Assembly: GCF_006345805.1 (NCBI RefSeq)
Contig: NW_021833634.1
Location: forward strand, 1 to 57,569
Length of the DNA: 57,569 nt
Direction: 5' to 3'
DNA from: Octopus sinensis
Lineage: Eukaryota
The position numbers were made by a program, and so were the translations under genes. Numbering within the stretch: position 1 is the first letter of the stretch; each line of letters starts with the position of its first letter. Below, one piece after another: positions 35,993 to 47,912 of this stretch. The notes under the pieces were generated by a model. The model made no database searches. It saw nothing but the letters and a program-made list of their open reading frames with translations, and was not told the DNA's origin.

Positions 35993-38340
35993 TCTTTTCA
36001 TATGTTTTTCATTTTATTATACGTAAAGCTATTTTTGTGTCGGAATTTTATTCCCCTCTCATCTGATCTGTTCAATAATACTCCTTTCGACTGGAGTATT
36101 TTCATAAACTCAGTAGTGCATAACAAGCACATTTTCTTACCTATTCTATATGACTTCGCTCTATTAATGACATTCCAATTCAGAGTGTATTCTATTTTTT
36201 CAGATTTCAATTCCCATATATATTTACTTAGACCTGTCGAATTACTTAATTTGGGATTTTTAAAGGATTGTTAATGCTGGGAAATTTTTCTTTTAATTTC
36301 ATTCGCTGTGGATCCTATATATTCCTTTTTCTTCTTCTTATTATTATTAGAGGTTACAGTACATTTATAAATTACATTATCTAGGTTGCAATTATTATTA
36401 AGCCTACATTTTGATTTATCTTTACATGTGCATTTATTTAGTATAAGGTTATGTTTTTTGTTTGCTAAATTTCTTCCGTAGCTATTATTAATATTAGTTA
36501 AATTGTTATTGTAGAATTAATTTAATTTGACATTGTTTATAGAGGATATAATATCACTAACGTTTCTTGTCGAATATCCCACTCTGAGAGTTTTTTTTTT
36601 TTTAATATTTTTGAATACTCCTTATTCTTTTTAAAAGATAGTTTAATTATGTTCAGAAATTTCTTTAAGTTAGTTTTGATTTGGACCCTATAAGGGATAA
36701 TTAACCATATTATTTCCTTATGTTTTTTATTATCAATATTACTATTATTATAATTCATCTTATTATTATTGTTCTTTGTCAGTGTATTCTTTGTGGGTAT
36801 ATAATAATTATCCTTATTACCATTCAAATTCTTTTTGGTATTTTCCTCACTATGATCATTTTTATTAATATTATTTTTATTTATACTTATATTATATTTA
36901 TCTTTATTTCTTTCCTTATATTGTTTATTATTAATAGTTTGAGCGTTAGGATGATTCATAGTATTATTATTCGGTCCATAATTATTATAGAATATAATTT
37001 TGTATTATATCTTGCTTCTTATAATGCTCTATTATAGTAAGGGGCATGTTTATTAAAAGTATCTATATCCAAGGATAACATGGAAATTCTTTTACCTATA
37101 TTTTCTATTAGTGCTTTTTTGACTGAGCTAGGATGGTTGTTATGGGCATTAATGTACTTTAGGTTCTCATTTAATTTATGGAATGGTTGGGTTCTATTTG
37201 TTACTAAGTTTAGGTTTGCATCCAGGTAGTTACCCACAGAATGCTCTTTCTCAATACATATATCTAGACCATAATTCTTTTAAAATTTATATAGCTTTTT
37301 CTTTATATTTTCTAATGATCTATTAGTGCAGTTGTTCGTTATCAGGAGTAGGTCATCCCTATAAAGACCTCCTTCTAAGTTAAGATGTTCTAACCCAAGT
37401 TCAGATAATAGGTATATTCCTACTAAATCTGTTATTTGTGCCAAATATGGGGCACCCATGGGTATATTGAAGCAATCCCTTGTGTCCTTCCTTGCCAATA
37501 TTTTATTTTTATATCTGGTTAGGGATTTCCTCACCGTAAGTACTACATTAACTTCATCTGTCATTTTAACCTTTCTCTAAGCATATATAAGGGCCTTATT
37601 CAGAATAATCTCATTAATAGATGAATAGTAATTTTCTATATCTATTTGGATGAATTTACACCTATTTTTATCTTTAATATTATTGAACCTATATAAGTAT
37701 CTCGGGTACAACTCCATAGTATAAGGTTATTTACTGTATTAAGTTTATCTATATATTTATCTAATATAAGTTTACTTAATCTTCCTATATCAAATTTACA
37801 TAGGCTTATCAATCTTACTTGAGGGTTAGAATAAAAATTGTTTTTATGGTCCTTAATGGTTAATTCTAGGGTGCATAGAGACATATGGTTCAATTCTATT
37901 TTCTAAATCACATTTTGTCATGATTTTTTTAGATATATTGTTAATCCTATTTAATTGACTTTCACTAACAATTTTATACTTTTTCTAGAAGGTTATCATG
38001 TAGCTGTATAGCTGTGTAATATTAGTCTTAAAGAATTTTTTAGTGTAGTGTATTTTTTCCCATAATACTTAGTGCAGGAAAGAAGGTGCAGCTATTTGCA
38101 CAGGTTAACGGAGTAAACAAACAGATAAGTATTCTTCCTTTGTTAATTGTAGTAAATCGTTTCATTTACAAGTTTTATTCAATAAATTTATAACTTATAT
38201 AGAGGTTTTTTACTGTTTAAATATTATTAACTTATGTTTGTCATAATAATGGTAATATATACTAGTATTGATAGGGGTAAATTTAACAATAAATTATTAA
38301 TTCCCGTAAAGTTTATATAGATAGGCGGTTTAATTTGACA
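35993..38340 (-). mobile_element. Penelope-like retroelement, decayed (RT + GIY-YIG C-terminus)
   Basis: NPQVRLI..CK.DIGRLSK, IPMGA, GLYRDD, YLDANLNL...PFHK, and W.VI..AKSY....CLLC..E...LLNR.DE. Confidence 0.85.
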
Positions 38341-38377
38341 TGTTTATAAAATAGCGAGGGTTTCTTTATGTTTAGCA

Positions 38378-38422
<45 letters not shown>

Positions 38423-38639
38423 CTATTGTATTTTTAGGTGTTTAATTTTATTTTATTAAATTTTTATGGATTTTTAAAAATTTTATAATTTTCTAATTTT
38501 TAAAATCTTTTAAATTTTGTAAAAAAATGTATTAGGAAGTTATATATATATATATATATATTTTTTTTTTAATTTTTAATGAAGATATCTTAGAATTTAT
38601 AGGATTAAGTTGGATCCGTTAATAACAATAATATAAAAA

Positions 38640-38980
38640 GGCTGGGACCAGGGGTTATATGCACAATTCAGGATCATATCATATAGGTACACTGTGACAC
38701 AATTTCTTTTCTTCAACAGGCCCTGCCCTGTTTAACATTGTCCCGATAGAGATCAAAGAGGAAAAGGATCCCATCACCTTTAAACATAGTCTGGACAGAT
38801 TTCTTCAAGGAATACTGGATAAGCCACCCATACCTGGATGCAACTCACTTCACAAGAACTCACTACATGAATGGACCAGAAACAAAACATGATTTAAACA
38901 GGATTTAGATAATCTTATCTGGTGGTGCTATTAAGTTAGACATGGCTTGGACCAATCTTTGGTTGAAACATATCTAAGTT
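38640..38980 (+). mobile_element. 3' fragment of another CR1-like LINE
   Basis: Translates to ...GPALFNIVPIEIKEEKDPITFKHSLDRFLQGILDKP...; tail CATGGCTTGGACCAATCTTTGGTTGAAACA. Confidence 0.75.
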
Positions 38981-39118
38981 TATATATACATATATATCAA
39001 AATATTATTAGAGATAGAAACACCCACAACTTCATCAACTCCAAATGATATTAATGCAACCAAGCCATAAAATATTAAATAATATACTATTTATATTCAT
39101 AATCCCAAGTTTTCATAT

Positions 39119-39220
39119 TATGGACAACACGTGTTTCATGAGGGTGCGTATGGTACTGTTAAGACAAAGTCTCATTCAAAAACTCATGGTGTTTATGCAC
39201 TCCCAATCGTCAGGTCTACT
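39119..39220 (-). ncRNA. Hammerhead motif, long stem II (family B)
   Basis: Minus strand: GAC-CTGACGA-TTGGGAGTGC...GCACCCTCAT-GAAAC-ACGT-GTT-GTC; palindromic stem III ACACGTGT. Confidence 0.72.
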
Positions 39221-39603
39221 TTCCTCACATTTATAAGTGTAATTACTCCTTATATATCACTATGTTTGTCAAAATAAATTACAAATATATAAGTATAAAT
39301 AAGTAAATAAATAACTTAATGAACCTCATAAATTTAAGACATAAAAATTTAAGGAATAAAAATGTATATGAAATATGACTAAAAATACAAAGGAAAAAAA
39401 TGAAAAAAATACAAATGAAAAAATTTTCATTCATATTTTTTAGTCGTATTTCATATCCGTTTTTATTCCTTAAAGTTTTATGTCTTAAATTTATAAGGTT
39501 CATGAAGTTATTTATTTACTTATTTATACTTACATACTTGTAATTTACTTTGACAAACATAGTGATATATAAGGAGTAGTTATACTTATAAATGTGGGGA
39601 AAG

Positions 39604-39702
39604 TAAACCTGACGATTGGGAGTGCATAAACATAATGAGTTTTTGAATGAGACTTTGTCTTAACAATACCATATGTACCCTCATGAAACACTTGTAGTCC
39701 AT
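39604..39702 (+). ncRNA. Hammerhead motif, long stem II (family B), mirror copy
   Basis: CTGACGA 39609-39615; GAAAC-ACTT-GTA 39685-39696; GTCC. Confidence 0.68.
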
Positions 39703-39943
39703 AATATGAAAACTTGGGATTATGAATATAAATAGTAAGTATATTATTTAATATTTTATAGCTTGGTTGAGTTAATATCGTTTGGAGTTGATGAAGTTGT
39801 AGGTGTTTCTATCTCTAACAATATTTTGATATATATGAAGTAATTATTGAGAGTAATTCAATTACATATTTTTAATTTCAATGTCTCATTCCTGTAGCAC
39901 TGGAATTGATATTCCTTAATTATTATAATAATATTACATATAT

Positions 39944-40010
<67 letters not shown>

Positions 40011-40023
40011 TATATATATATAT

Positions 40024-40608
40024 CATCATCATCATCATCATCATTGTTTAACATCCGCTTTCCATGCTAGCATGGGTTGGACGGTTCAACTAGGGTCTGG
40101 GAAGCCCGAAGGCTGCACCAGGCCAGTCAGATCTGGCAGTGTTTCTACAGCTGGATGCCCTTCCTAATGCCAACCACTCCGTGAGTGTAGTGGGTGCCTT
40201 TTACGTGCCACCGGCATGGAGGCCAGGCGAGGCTGGCACAGCCACGATCGGATGGTGTTTGTTACGTGCCCACAGCATGGAGGCCAGTTGGTGCGGTACT
40301 GGCTACGGCCATGTTCGGATGGTTTTATGTGCCACCGGCACTGGTACCACAAGAATACAAATTCCATTGATGTTCATCGATTTTGATTTGATTTGAGTTT
40401 CACTTGCCTCAACAGGTCTTCACAAGTGTCCCAAGAAGGAAGGTATGCACAGGTGGACTGACTACGTCCCAGGTAGGGGCCATGGGTTATGGCCTCACGT
40501 GTCCTGCCGGGTCTTCTCACGCACAGCATACTTCCAAAGGTCTCGGTCTCTGGTCATTTCCTTGGTGAGACCTAAAGCGCGAAGGTCGTTCTTCACCACC
40601 TCGTCCCA
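40024..40608 (-). mobile_element. 5'-truncated RTE LINE (last codons + 3' UTR)
   Basis: WDEVVKNDLRALGLT... end of ORF plus tail with (GAT)n. Confidence 0.9.
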
Positions 40609-40917
40609 CTATATCCTATAATATAATACCTAATTAACTTAAAATTTAATATTACAAATAAATAAGCCACCTAATAATTAAATAATATATTGTCTGACGA
40701 AATTAATTTTTAAATTAAATGAAATGTAATTCGTTAGATCCCTTATATATAAATATATATATATATTTTTTTTTTTTAAATTAATTCACCACATACTGAA
40801 ATTTAGAAATAGCAGTTAAATATTATTCCTCTACCATAAGATATCTCCCAGACAGCAATACTCTTAATTCACCGTAGGTAAAGAGAAAAAAATAATGAAT
40901 CCACCTGGCTTTGCTCA

Positions 40918-40990
40918 ACCACATACGTGTTTCTGGATTAGAGATGTAAAATTTTTATTTTTACTCACTTATTTCTATCTTCAGTGTAGT
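40918..40990 (-). ncRNA. Candidate type I hammerhead (family E)
   Basis: Minus strand: ACTACA-CTGAAGA-[44 nt containing GTAAAA/TTTTAC hairpin]-GAAAC-AC-GTA-TGTGGT; 6-bp stem I; base of stem II poorly paired. Confidence 0.55.
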
Positions 40991-41194
40991 ATTTGAATTG
41001 TAAATTTGAGAGTACTATTAATTAAATACATATTCGACCAAGTGACATCAAATAGCTAATATCCAAATCCCAGCAATTCCAAATTTATACAGATGAGTGA
41101 GAACTTGCATTCTTCCCCAATCACTCATACATGTTACGAGTAATCCCACAGAAATGGCAGTTTACTATCAGGGAGTGAATTATATTATATATAT

Positions 41195-41571
41195 TACGTG
41201 CCAGTGCCGGTGGCACGTAAGCAAGCCATCCGAACGTGGCCGTTGCCAGCCTCGCTTGGCCCCTGTGCCGGTGGCACGTAAAAAGCACCATCCGATTGTG
41301 GCCGTTGCCAGCCACGCCTGGCCCCCGTGCCGGTGGCACGTAAAAAGCACCATCCGACCATGGCCGTTTGCCAGCCCCATCTGGCACCTGTGCCGGTAGC
41401 ACCTTAAAAGCACCCACTACACTCACAGAGTGGTTGGCGTTGGGAAGGGCATCCAGCCGTAGAAACATTGCCAGATCAGACTGGGCCTGGTTCAGCCTTC
41501 TGGCTTCCCAGACCCCAGTTGAACCGTCCAACCCATGCTAGCATGGAAAGCAAATGCTAAATGATGATGAT
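41195..41571 (+). mobile_element. RTE 3' UTR fragment with ~62-bp minisatellite
   Basis: Four GTGCCGGT(G/A)GCAC...AAGC..C units, then the tail core and (GAT)n. Confidence 0.85.
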
Positions 41572-41647
41572 ATAGTGGTGTAACAGGAGCCGGAGCAAGG
41601 GCATACCAAAAACATGTAGGCAATAGGTGTATGTACGTACATGTTTG

Positions 41648-41678
<31 letters not shown>

Positions 41679-41939
41679 TGTGTGTGTGCGTGTGTGTGTG
41701 TTGCCCATATATATATATGTACTTAGTTGTGACCTGAACATAACCGCTTCCCACACAGAGGATTGGGGGCCCTTTTGGGCATTCTATTTTCATTCCTGGA
41801 AGGGTTCCCAACCCATGGGCAAAGGGGGCGGTTACATGATGGGGGGGTGTTTTCAAAAGGGTTGGCATATGCAACATGCTCACCTCTGCCAATCAAGCTC
41901 CCATTGCGACACTGATTCTGCAAAACTGGGTCGGGTATG

Positions 41940-42443
41940 AAAACCAACTTTAAAGTATAAATATAGATGTTTTTGAATCAGCAATGATGTGTTCAGTTAA
42001 GTGCTATTTGGGGTGAAAAATCAATAAACTGATTCCTTATGGGGCTTTCTATTTAATTAGGATAAAAAAAAAATAAGCTACAAACCAATTCCTTAGAGGA
42101 CTTCCAACTAAAATTGACTACACCCCATTTTCAACCATAACTTTTTCCAATTATGATGTATTCTGTTCAAACTTGATGCCAGCATTACTTAGGATTCATG
42201 GAATCTTTGAATGCTTTAAGTTCTCCAAAAACGAAAAAAAAAAAACAATTGATGAGTGGAAAAAATTTGATAAACCAATTCCTTATAGGATTTCCCAATC
42301 AAATTGTCTGCAACTCATTTTCAGTCAAAAGTTTACCAATTTCAACAGATTTTGCTCAGACTTGACATCGATATTACTTAGTGTAGTTTAAAATAAAGAG
42401 CTTGATTAGCTTAATCTCAAGCTAAGCCGGGCTATACTGCTAG
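41940..42443 (+). mobile_element. Helitron-like element with family-A-type 3' end; 5' end not located
   Basis: GCCGGGCTATACTG-CTAG|T at 42426-42443, like 808-825; start coordinate approximate. Confidence 0.55.
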
Positions 42444-42469
42444 TAATATATATGTATATATATATATAT

Positions 42470-43424
42470 TGATACGAGGTCATTCGGAGAAAGAGTGCTT
42501 GTGGCCTGGTTTTGGCAGTTGGTGCCAAGCAGACGGCTAAAGCCTTTTGTCCTGTCAGTTTCTGGAAAGATTAATGTGTTTTGAAGAGACCTTTGACCCT
42601 TTTCCGGTCAGGGAAAGGTTAAGAAACCACCCTTTAAAATGCGACGAGCTGTGAGCTTGTTGGTCAGTCGGCAACAGAGTGAGTTGGCATCGTGGTCAGT
42701 TTGGCAACAGGGCAGTTTAGCAGTCTGCCGGAGACTGAATGTGAGAAGATGACAAGCGAGAGGTTGAGAAAGACATACACAGAGGATTGAGAACGAAAGA
42801 GAGAGATAACAGCGGGAAGGCACAGCTATTGTAACTAGAAAATGTAACGGTAAAGTTTTGTTTATCTTTTGATGTGAAATGTAAAAGAAAGAATTGTGAC
42901 GTAAATTGTAATCTGTGATGAAGAAAAATAAAGAATTGTTGAACCAAAAAGAATTGTGTCAGAAAAAGAACATTGTGAAAAGAATTGTTGTAGAGGAAGA
43001 AAAGAAATGAGATTGTAATGAACATTGTGAAATGATTCGAACTGTATTGCACTAAACATTTGTTTTCATTGCTTCGGACGTTCTGTATCGTGCATGCCTT
43101 TGATTTTGTTGTTTTCTTTTTAATTCTGTTGCATGTTATTTTCTTTAATGTATCTGCTATGTATCACATTGTATTTGATGTTGTAATAATTGTTATAAAC
43201 TGTTCTTACATGTAAGCCAATCGCCTTCCGCCGTGTCTCTCTATCTCTTCCTCCTGTTGTTGTTGTTGTTATCTCCGGTCGCCGGTTCGAGTTCGCTGCC
43301 TTCCCCCCACCACTGTTTTCTCCGTGTGGCGAATCCCCGTTCGACTGGGCCGGTCAACAGTTGTCGCTCGACCTGGTAGGGTCCCGGGTTAGAAGTTTGA
43401 GCGACGGCAGGTGGTTTCGTGACA
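42470..43424 (+). mobile_element. Solo LTR (955 bp), distant relative of 24497
   Basis: TGATACG...CGTGACA ends; ATAT on both sides; shares AAATGCGAC, purine-rich and (TTG)n blocks in the same order. Confidence 0.65.
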
Positions 43425-43543
43425 ATATATATATATATATAGATATATATATATTATACATACATATTGAAGACCAAGTACATATATATATGTATATAAA
43501 TATATAATATATATGTATACATGTATATATATATAATATATAT

Positions 43544-43586
<43 letters not shown>

Positions 43587-43680
43587 TATATATATGTACA
43601 TATATATATATGTGTATATATATATATTATATATATATATATGTACATATATATGTATATATATATAAATACATATACAT

Positions 43681-44251
43681 ATTAATTGTTATCGCCGTAT
43701 TAATATGGCAGTCTTATAGATATAAGACTAAAGTTGTCGCTGATTAGCTCCATGAGGCCATCGCCTTAAGCTAGCTATTTGACAGCTTTAGTCTTATATC
43801 TATAAGACTGCCATATTAATATGGCGATAACAATTAATTTCCAGTAACGCTGCCGTAATCTCTTTTAGAGAGACTTAGTAATTTTAATATTTCTATTATT
43901 GAAAACAAGTGGATGTATTCCACCGAAACTAGGTAAATAAAGCCTTCGAACAGAGACGATCAGTCTGGGTCTGACTACGCTGCATTGATAAAGGGCAACT
44001 ACCCTGAAACGCGTCTGTAGCTGTCTGACTGGCAGTGTGAAGCGGCTGACCTCCCTTGTTCGAAGGTTATAATGGACGCAGTTTGTGTGTCAAATAGCTA
44101 GCTTAAGGCGATGGCCTCATGGAGCTAATCAGCGACAGCTTTAGTCTTATATCTATAAGACTGCCATATTAATATGGCGATAACAATTAATTTCCAGTAA
44201 CACTGCCGTAATCTCTTTTAGAGAGACTTAGTAATTTTAATATTTCTATTA
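43681..44251 (+). mobile_element. Retrozyme-like / PLE pLTR-like unit: 353-bp period, 118-bp terminal redundancy, 104-bp 5' inversion
   Basis: 43781-43898 = 44134-44251 (1 mismatch); 43681-43784 is the reverse complement of 44088-44191 (2 mismatches); flanked by (TA)n; contains the HHR at 43979. Confidence 0.75.
43979..44021 (+). ncRNA. Type I hammerhead with U3-A8 core variant (family D)
   Basis: GCTGCA-TTGATAA-AGGG/CAACTA/CCCT-GAAAC-GC-GTC-TGTAGC: 6-bp stem I, 4-bp stem II, palindromic stem III ACGCGT, GUC triplet. Confidence 0.72.
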
Positions 44252-44441
44252 CATATACATATATATATACATACATGTATATATATGTACATATATATAT
44301 ATAATATATATGTACATATATATATATACTATATATGTACATATATATAATATATATGTACATATATATATATATAGTATATATGTGTGTATATATATAT
44401 ATATAATATATATATGTGTAATATATGTGTATATATATGTG

Positions 44442-44498
<57 letters not shown>

Positions 44499-44639
44499 TA
44501 AATACATATATGTACAGGGAAAGTAAAAGGAAAAATAAATGAAAATGCACATTGGAAATCAGAAAAAGTATAGGCTTTTTATGAAAAGTAACGATAGATA
44601 TATACAATTAAATGAACTGAGGTAGGAATAAAAGTAATA

Positions 44640-47600
44640 AAAGTCATTATTGTGAATTGTTAAAGAAATTTAAAAGCATACCGGTTTTGTAAATTACTAA
44701 TCATTGCTTTGAATTAACACTAATTAATGAATGGTGTCAAGTCTATTAGTCCCTGAGAAAAATTATGTGTAAGGGAAGTAAGTAGTTCTGGATTTGGTGC
44801 AATTAGGGTAGATATAGATCTGTCATGTGAATGGTGTATGGAATGTATGGGGGTTAGTGATATTATATGAAAGGATAGTAGTGTTCTGTATTATGTTGTG
44901 TTCATATTGAGTTGGGGAAGATATCTATTGATGAAAGTTGCCTCTTTATTCATTCTTTGTTGCACTGAGGTGTTCTGTGAACATTGATAGAAGGGGAAAA
45001 TTAGGAAATTAGGATTAAGATTCCTAGCACACCTTTCTATGTGTTCACTAACCTGTAACTGTCTGTATTGTGGGTGGTGGATTTGTTCTTTGCAGAGAGT
45101 GGTTCTTCAATGGAGTGATATTCCTGTTTGGCCAATATAATTGTTACCACATCCTAAGCATGTAATGGCATAGATTAGATTTTCCGAGGCACAGGTGAAA
45201 TTTGATTTGATCTTCTATATTTCACCTTGTTTAAAGTGGAATTCTGAGCCCTCCAAATGGTGGGGGCATGTACCACAGTTAGGTCGACCACATTTTGTTT
45301 TTGTTAATGGATAGAGTCTTGTGCTGGTTAATAATTTTCCAGTGATTTAGGTTGCATTTTGATTTTGATAATTTTGTATGAGCTTAAAATTTTGTTCATT
45401 GTTTTATCTCCTGTAAGGATGTGAAGATTTTGGGTGATAATGTTGAAGGCTTCATTGTTTCTAGGGTTATGCGTGGAGATGTACAGGAGTATTTTTAAGT
45501 CTGGTTTAGTATTTCAGTTGGCTTCCCTTAATGTTCGTATACCTATTTCCTTAACTCATTTAATGCCATCATCTATTAATGATATTGGGTAATGTCTTTT
45601 GATTAGAATTGATCTGAGTTCAGGGAGTCTTTTCTCACAAGTATAGGTGTCCAAAACTATGATACAGATTCTTTTCGCTACATTATAAGGTATATTAATT
45701 TTTATGTTTGGGGTAGCATGAGTTAAATAATAGGTATTGTTTAGCATCTGTGGGTTTATAAAAGATGTCTGTTTTGATGTGGTTATTGACTATTTTAATT
45801 AGGATGTCAAGAAAAGGAAGTTGTTTACTGTTGTGTTCCATGGTGAATTGTATGTTGCTATTAATATAGTTAAGCATTATTTTGAAATTGAGGAGTTTGT
45901 CCATGCTGTCTTTCCAAAGTATAAAGCAATCATCCAAATACCTCTTCCAGCTCTCCTTTAAATAGCAATGAAATTAGGTACCATATTTTTGTAGTGATGA
46001 TTGATATAATTTATGCTCTAGGTAACCCATTACAAAGTTCGCAATCACTGGAGCAGCTCGGGTTCCCATTGCAATTCCACATTGTTGTCGATAGTAAACT
46101 GTATCGAACATGAAATAGTTGTTCAGTAGGATGAATTTGAGTGCTGCAATTATGAATCTGTGGTTAATGCACCCTGGGATCACTTCTGGGTATTTTTCTA
46201 GCCAGAAGGTGATCGCTTCTATACCATAGTCATGTGAGATATTGGTGTACAAATTCACCACATCAAACAATACTAACAGGGTTCCTTCATTTACTGTCTT
46301 CAGGAGGTAGTTCAGCATGTCTAAGTCATCCCTGATGAAGCTTTTCACATATTTTAGAAACGGTTTAAGTAAGATGTCGAGGAAGTTGCTCAAACGGTTG
46401 GTTTCACAAGAAGGTCCAGCAATGATGGGTCTCAGTTTGAGGTCAGTAGGGGGAGGAACACTAATGCATAAGCTTGGAGAAACTTTGCAGGCTTTACAAA
46501 AATGTGTATTTTTGTGTATTTTAGGTAATCCGTAGAATAGACTAGGACTGTATTTAAAATTGGATAAATAGTCTATTTCATGTTTAGTGAGACCCTTTCC
46601 ATGTATTTGAAGTAAGGAGGATAAGTTTTTAAGTGTCTTCTGTGGGCTGTAGTGTATTATCTTCTCATAGTAAATATTATTTTCCAACATGGAGAGTATT
46701 AAATTTTTGTAGTACTCTGTGTCCATCACCACTACTGCACTTCCTTTGTCAGCCTCTTTAATGGTGAGATTTATATAATTTTTTAACTTGATTAAGTCTT
46801 TCCATTCATTTACATTAACGTTGGATTTAATTTGTTGTTTTTGTAGGCTATTAAAAGGAAAACTGGTAATGTGTTCGCAAAAAGCATCAAGTACTTTATT
46901 TCTGCCTTTAGTAGGACAGTATTCACTTTTGTTTTTTACTATTGAGTCATTTTCGCTGGTGTAGTTGTGAAGTGCTTCTGTAAGGCGTAATTTTTGTCAG
47001 AAATCCATTGTGTTATCATTAGTTTCATTCAGGTTCGATCTGCGGGGGTTTGGATTAAACTTTACACCTCTTGCTAGAAATGATAGTGAAAAGAAAGGGA
47101 TTTCGTAATGATTTCTAGTTTTCAAAGAGAATGAAAGTGACGTGGTCACTGTAATAAAAGTTGAATGAAAATTATAGTAAGAATTCTCAGAAAGTAAACA
47201 AAGATGAATTTGTAACTCAAATGTTATGTAAGTTAAAAGAAAATAAACAAAGGAAAAGGGTACTTATTCGCAAGAGGTAAAATTCCAAATCCTTGTCCTT
47301 GTACGAAGAAGTTTTCTTTCAAAAACAATTCTTACATTCGGCTGCATATAAAAGTACAACTTGTAACCACATGGTTTTTCAACGATAACTCTACCTTGTG
47401 TCACTGACTTTAATGTACTATATTAAACTTTTAGTGTAATATGTTACATTTTTTTATTTTTAATCTATGTAGACGGTTATGAAGTAATAACTACTACATT
47501 TTTGTCAGTTTTAGCAGATTTCTTTCATCGATTTAGGCAATCCTTTGTAATCACATGGTTTTTCAACGATAACTCTAGCTTGCATCACTAACTTTAATGT

Positions 47601-47785
47601 ACTATATTCAACTTTTAGTGTAATATATTATGTTTTTTTAATTAATATATTATAGTAGACCATTATGAAATAACAAGTTCTATGTTTTTGTCAATTTTCG
47701 CAGATTTTTTTCGGCGATTTATGCAATCCCTTTTTGGTTCTTTTAGGAGAAAAAAAAGCATGTCTTTCTTGAATGAAACCGGAAG
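44640..47785 (-). mobile_element. Penelope-like retroelement (Neptune-like), near full length, decayed
   Basis: LRPIIAGP, GIAMGTRAAPVIANF.MGYLE, (L/M)DDCFILW, LPFLDILI; linker CGRPNCGTC; NLIYAITCLGCGNNYIGQTG (GIY-YIG); duplicated ~200-bp 5' segment at 47370-47600. Confidence 0.9.
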
Positions 47786-47818
<33 letters not shown>

Positions 47819-47912
47819 ATATAATACATATATACATATTTATGTGTATAATATATATATATATATATATAATATACATATATATATATATATATGTATA
47901 ATATATATATAT

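Larger units (their letters stand above)
38989..39837. repeat. Large fold-back inverted repeat (~405-bp arms, short AT-rich spacer)
   Basis: 38989-~39395 is the reverse complement of ~39430-39837 with scattered mismatches. Confidence 0.93.

Noticed and set aside
41195-41420. CRISPR-like look of ~62-bp palindromic repeats (also 54490-54700)
   Set aside because: The spacers are themselves homologous, the array is part of the RTE 3' UTR, the context is eukaryotic and there are no cas genes.
43890-43940. Second hammerhead-like motif in the 353-bp unit (TTGAAAA...GTGGA/TCCAC...GAAAC-TAG-GTA)
   Set aside because: Needs insertions on both sides of the core and stem I pairs only with a bulge. Worth re-checking on a family consensus, since it also reads U3/A8 and the direct repeat ends exactly before it.
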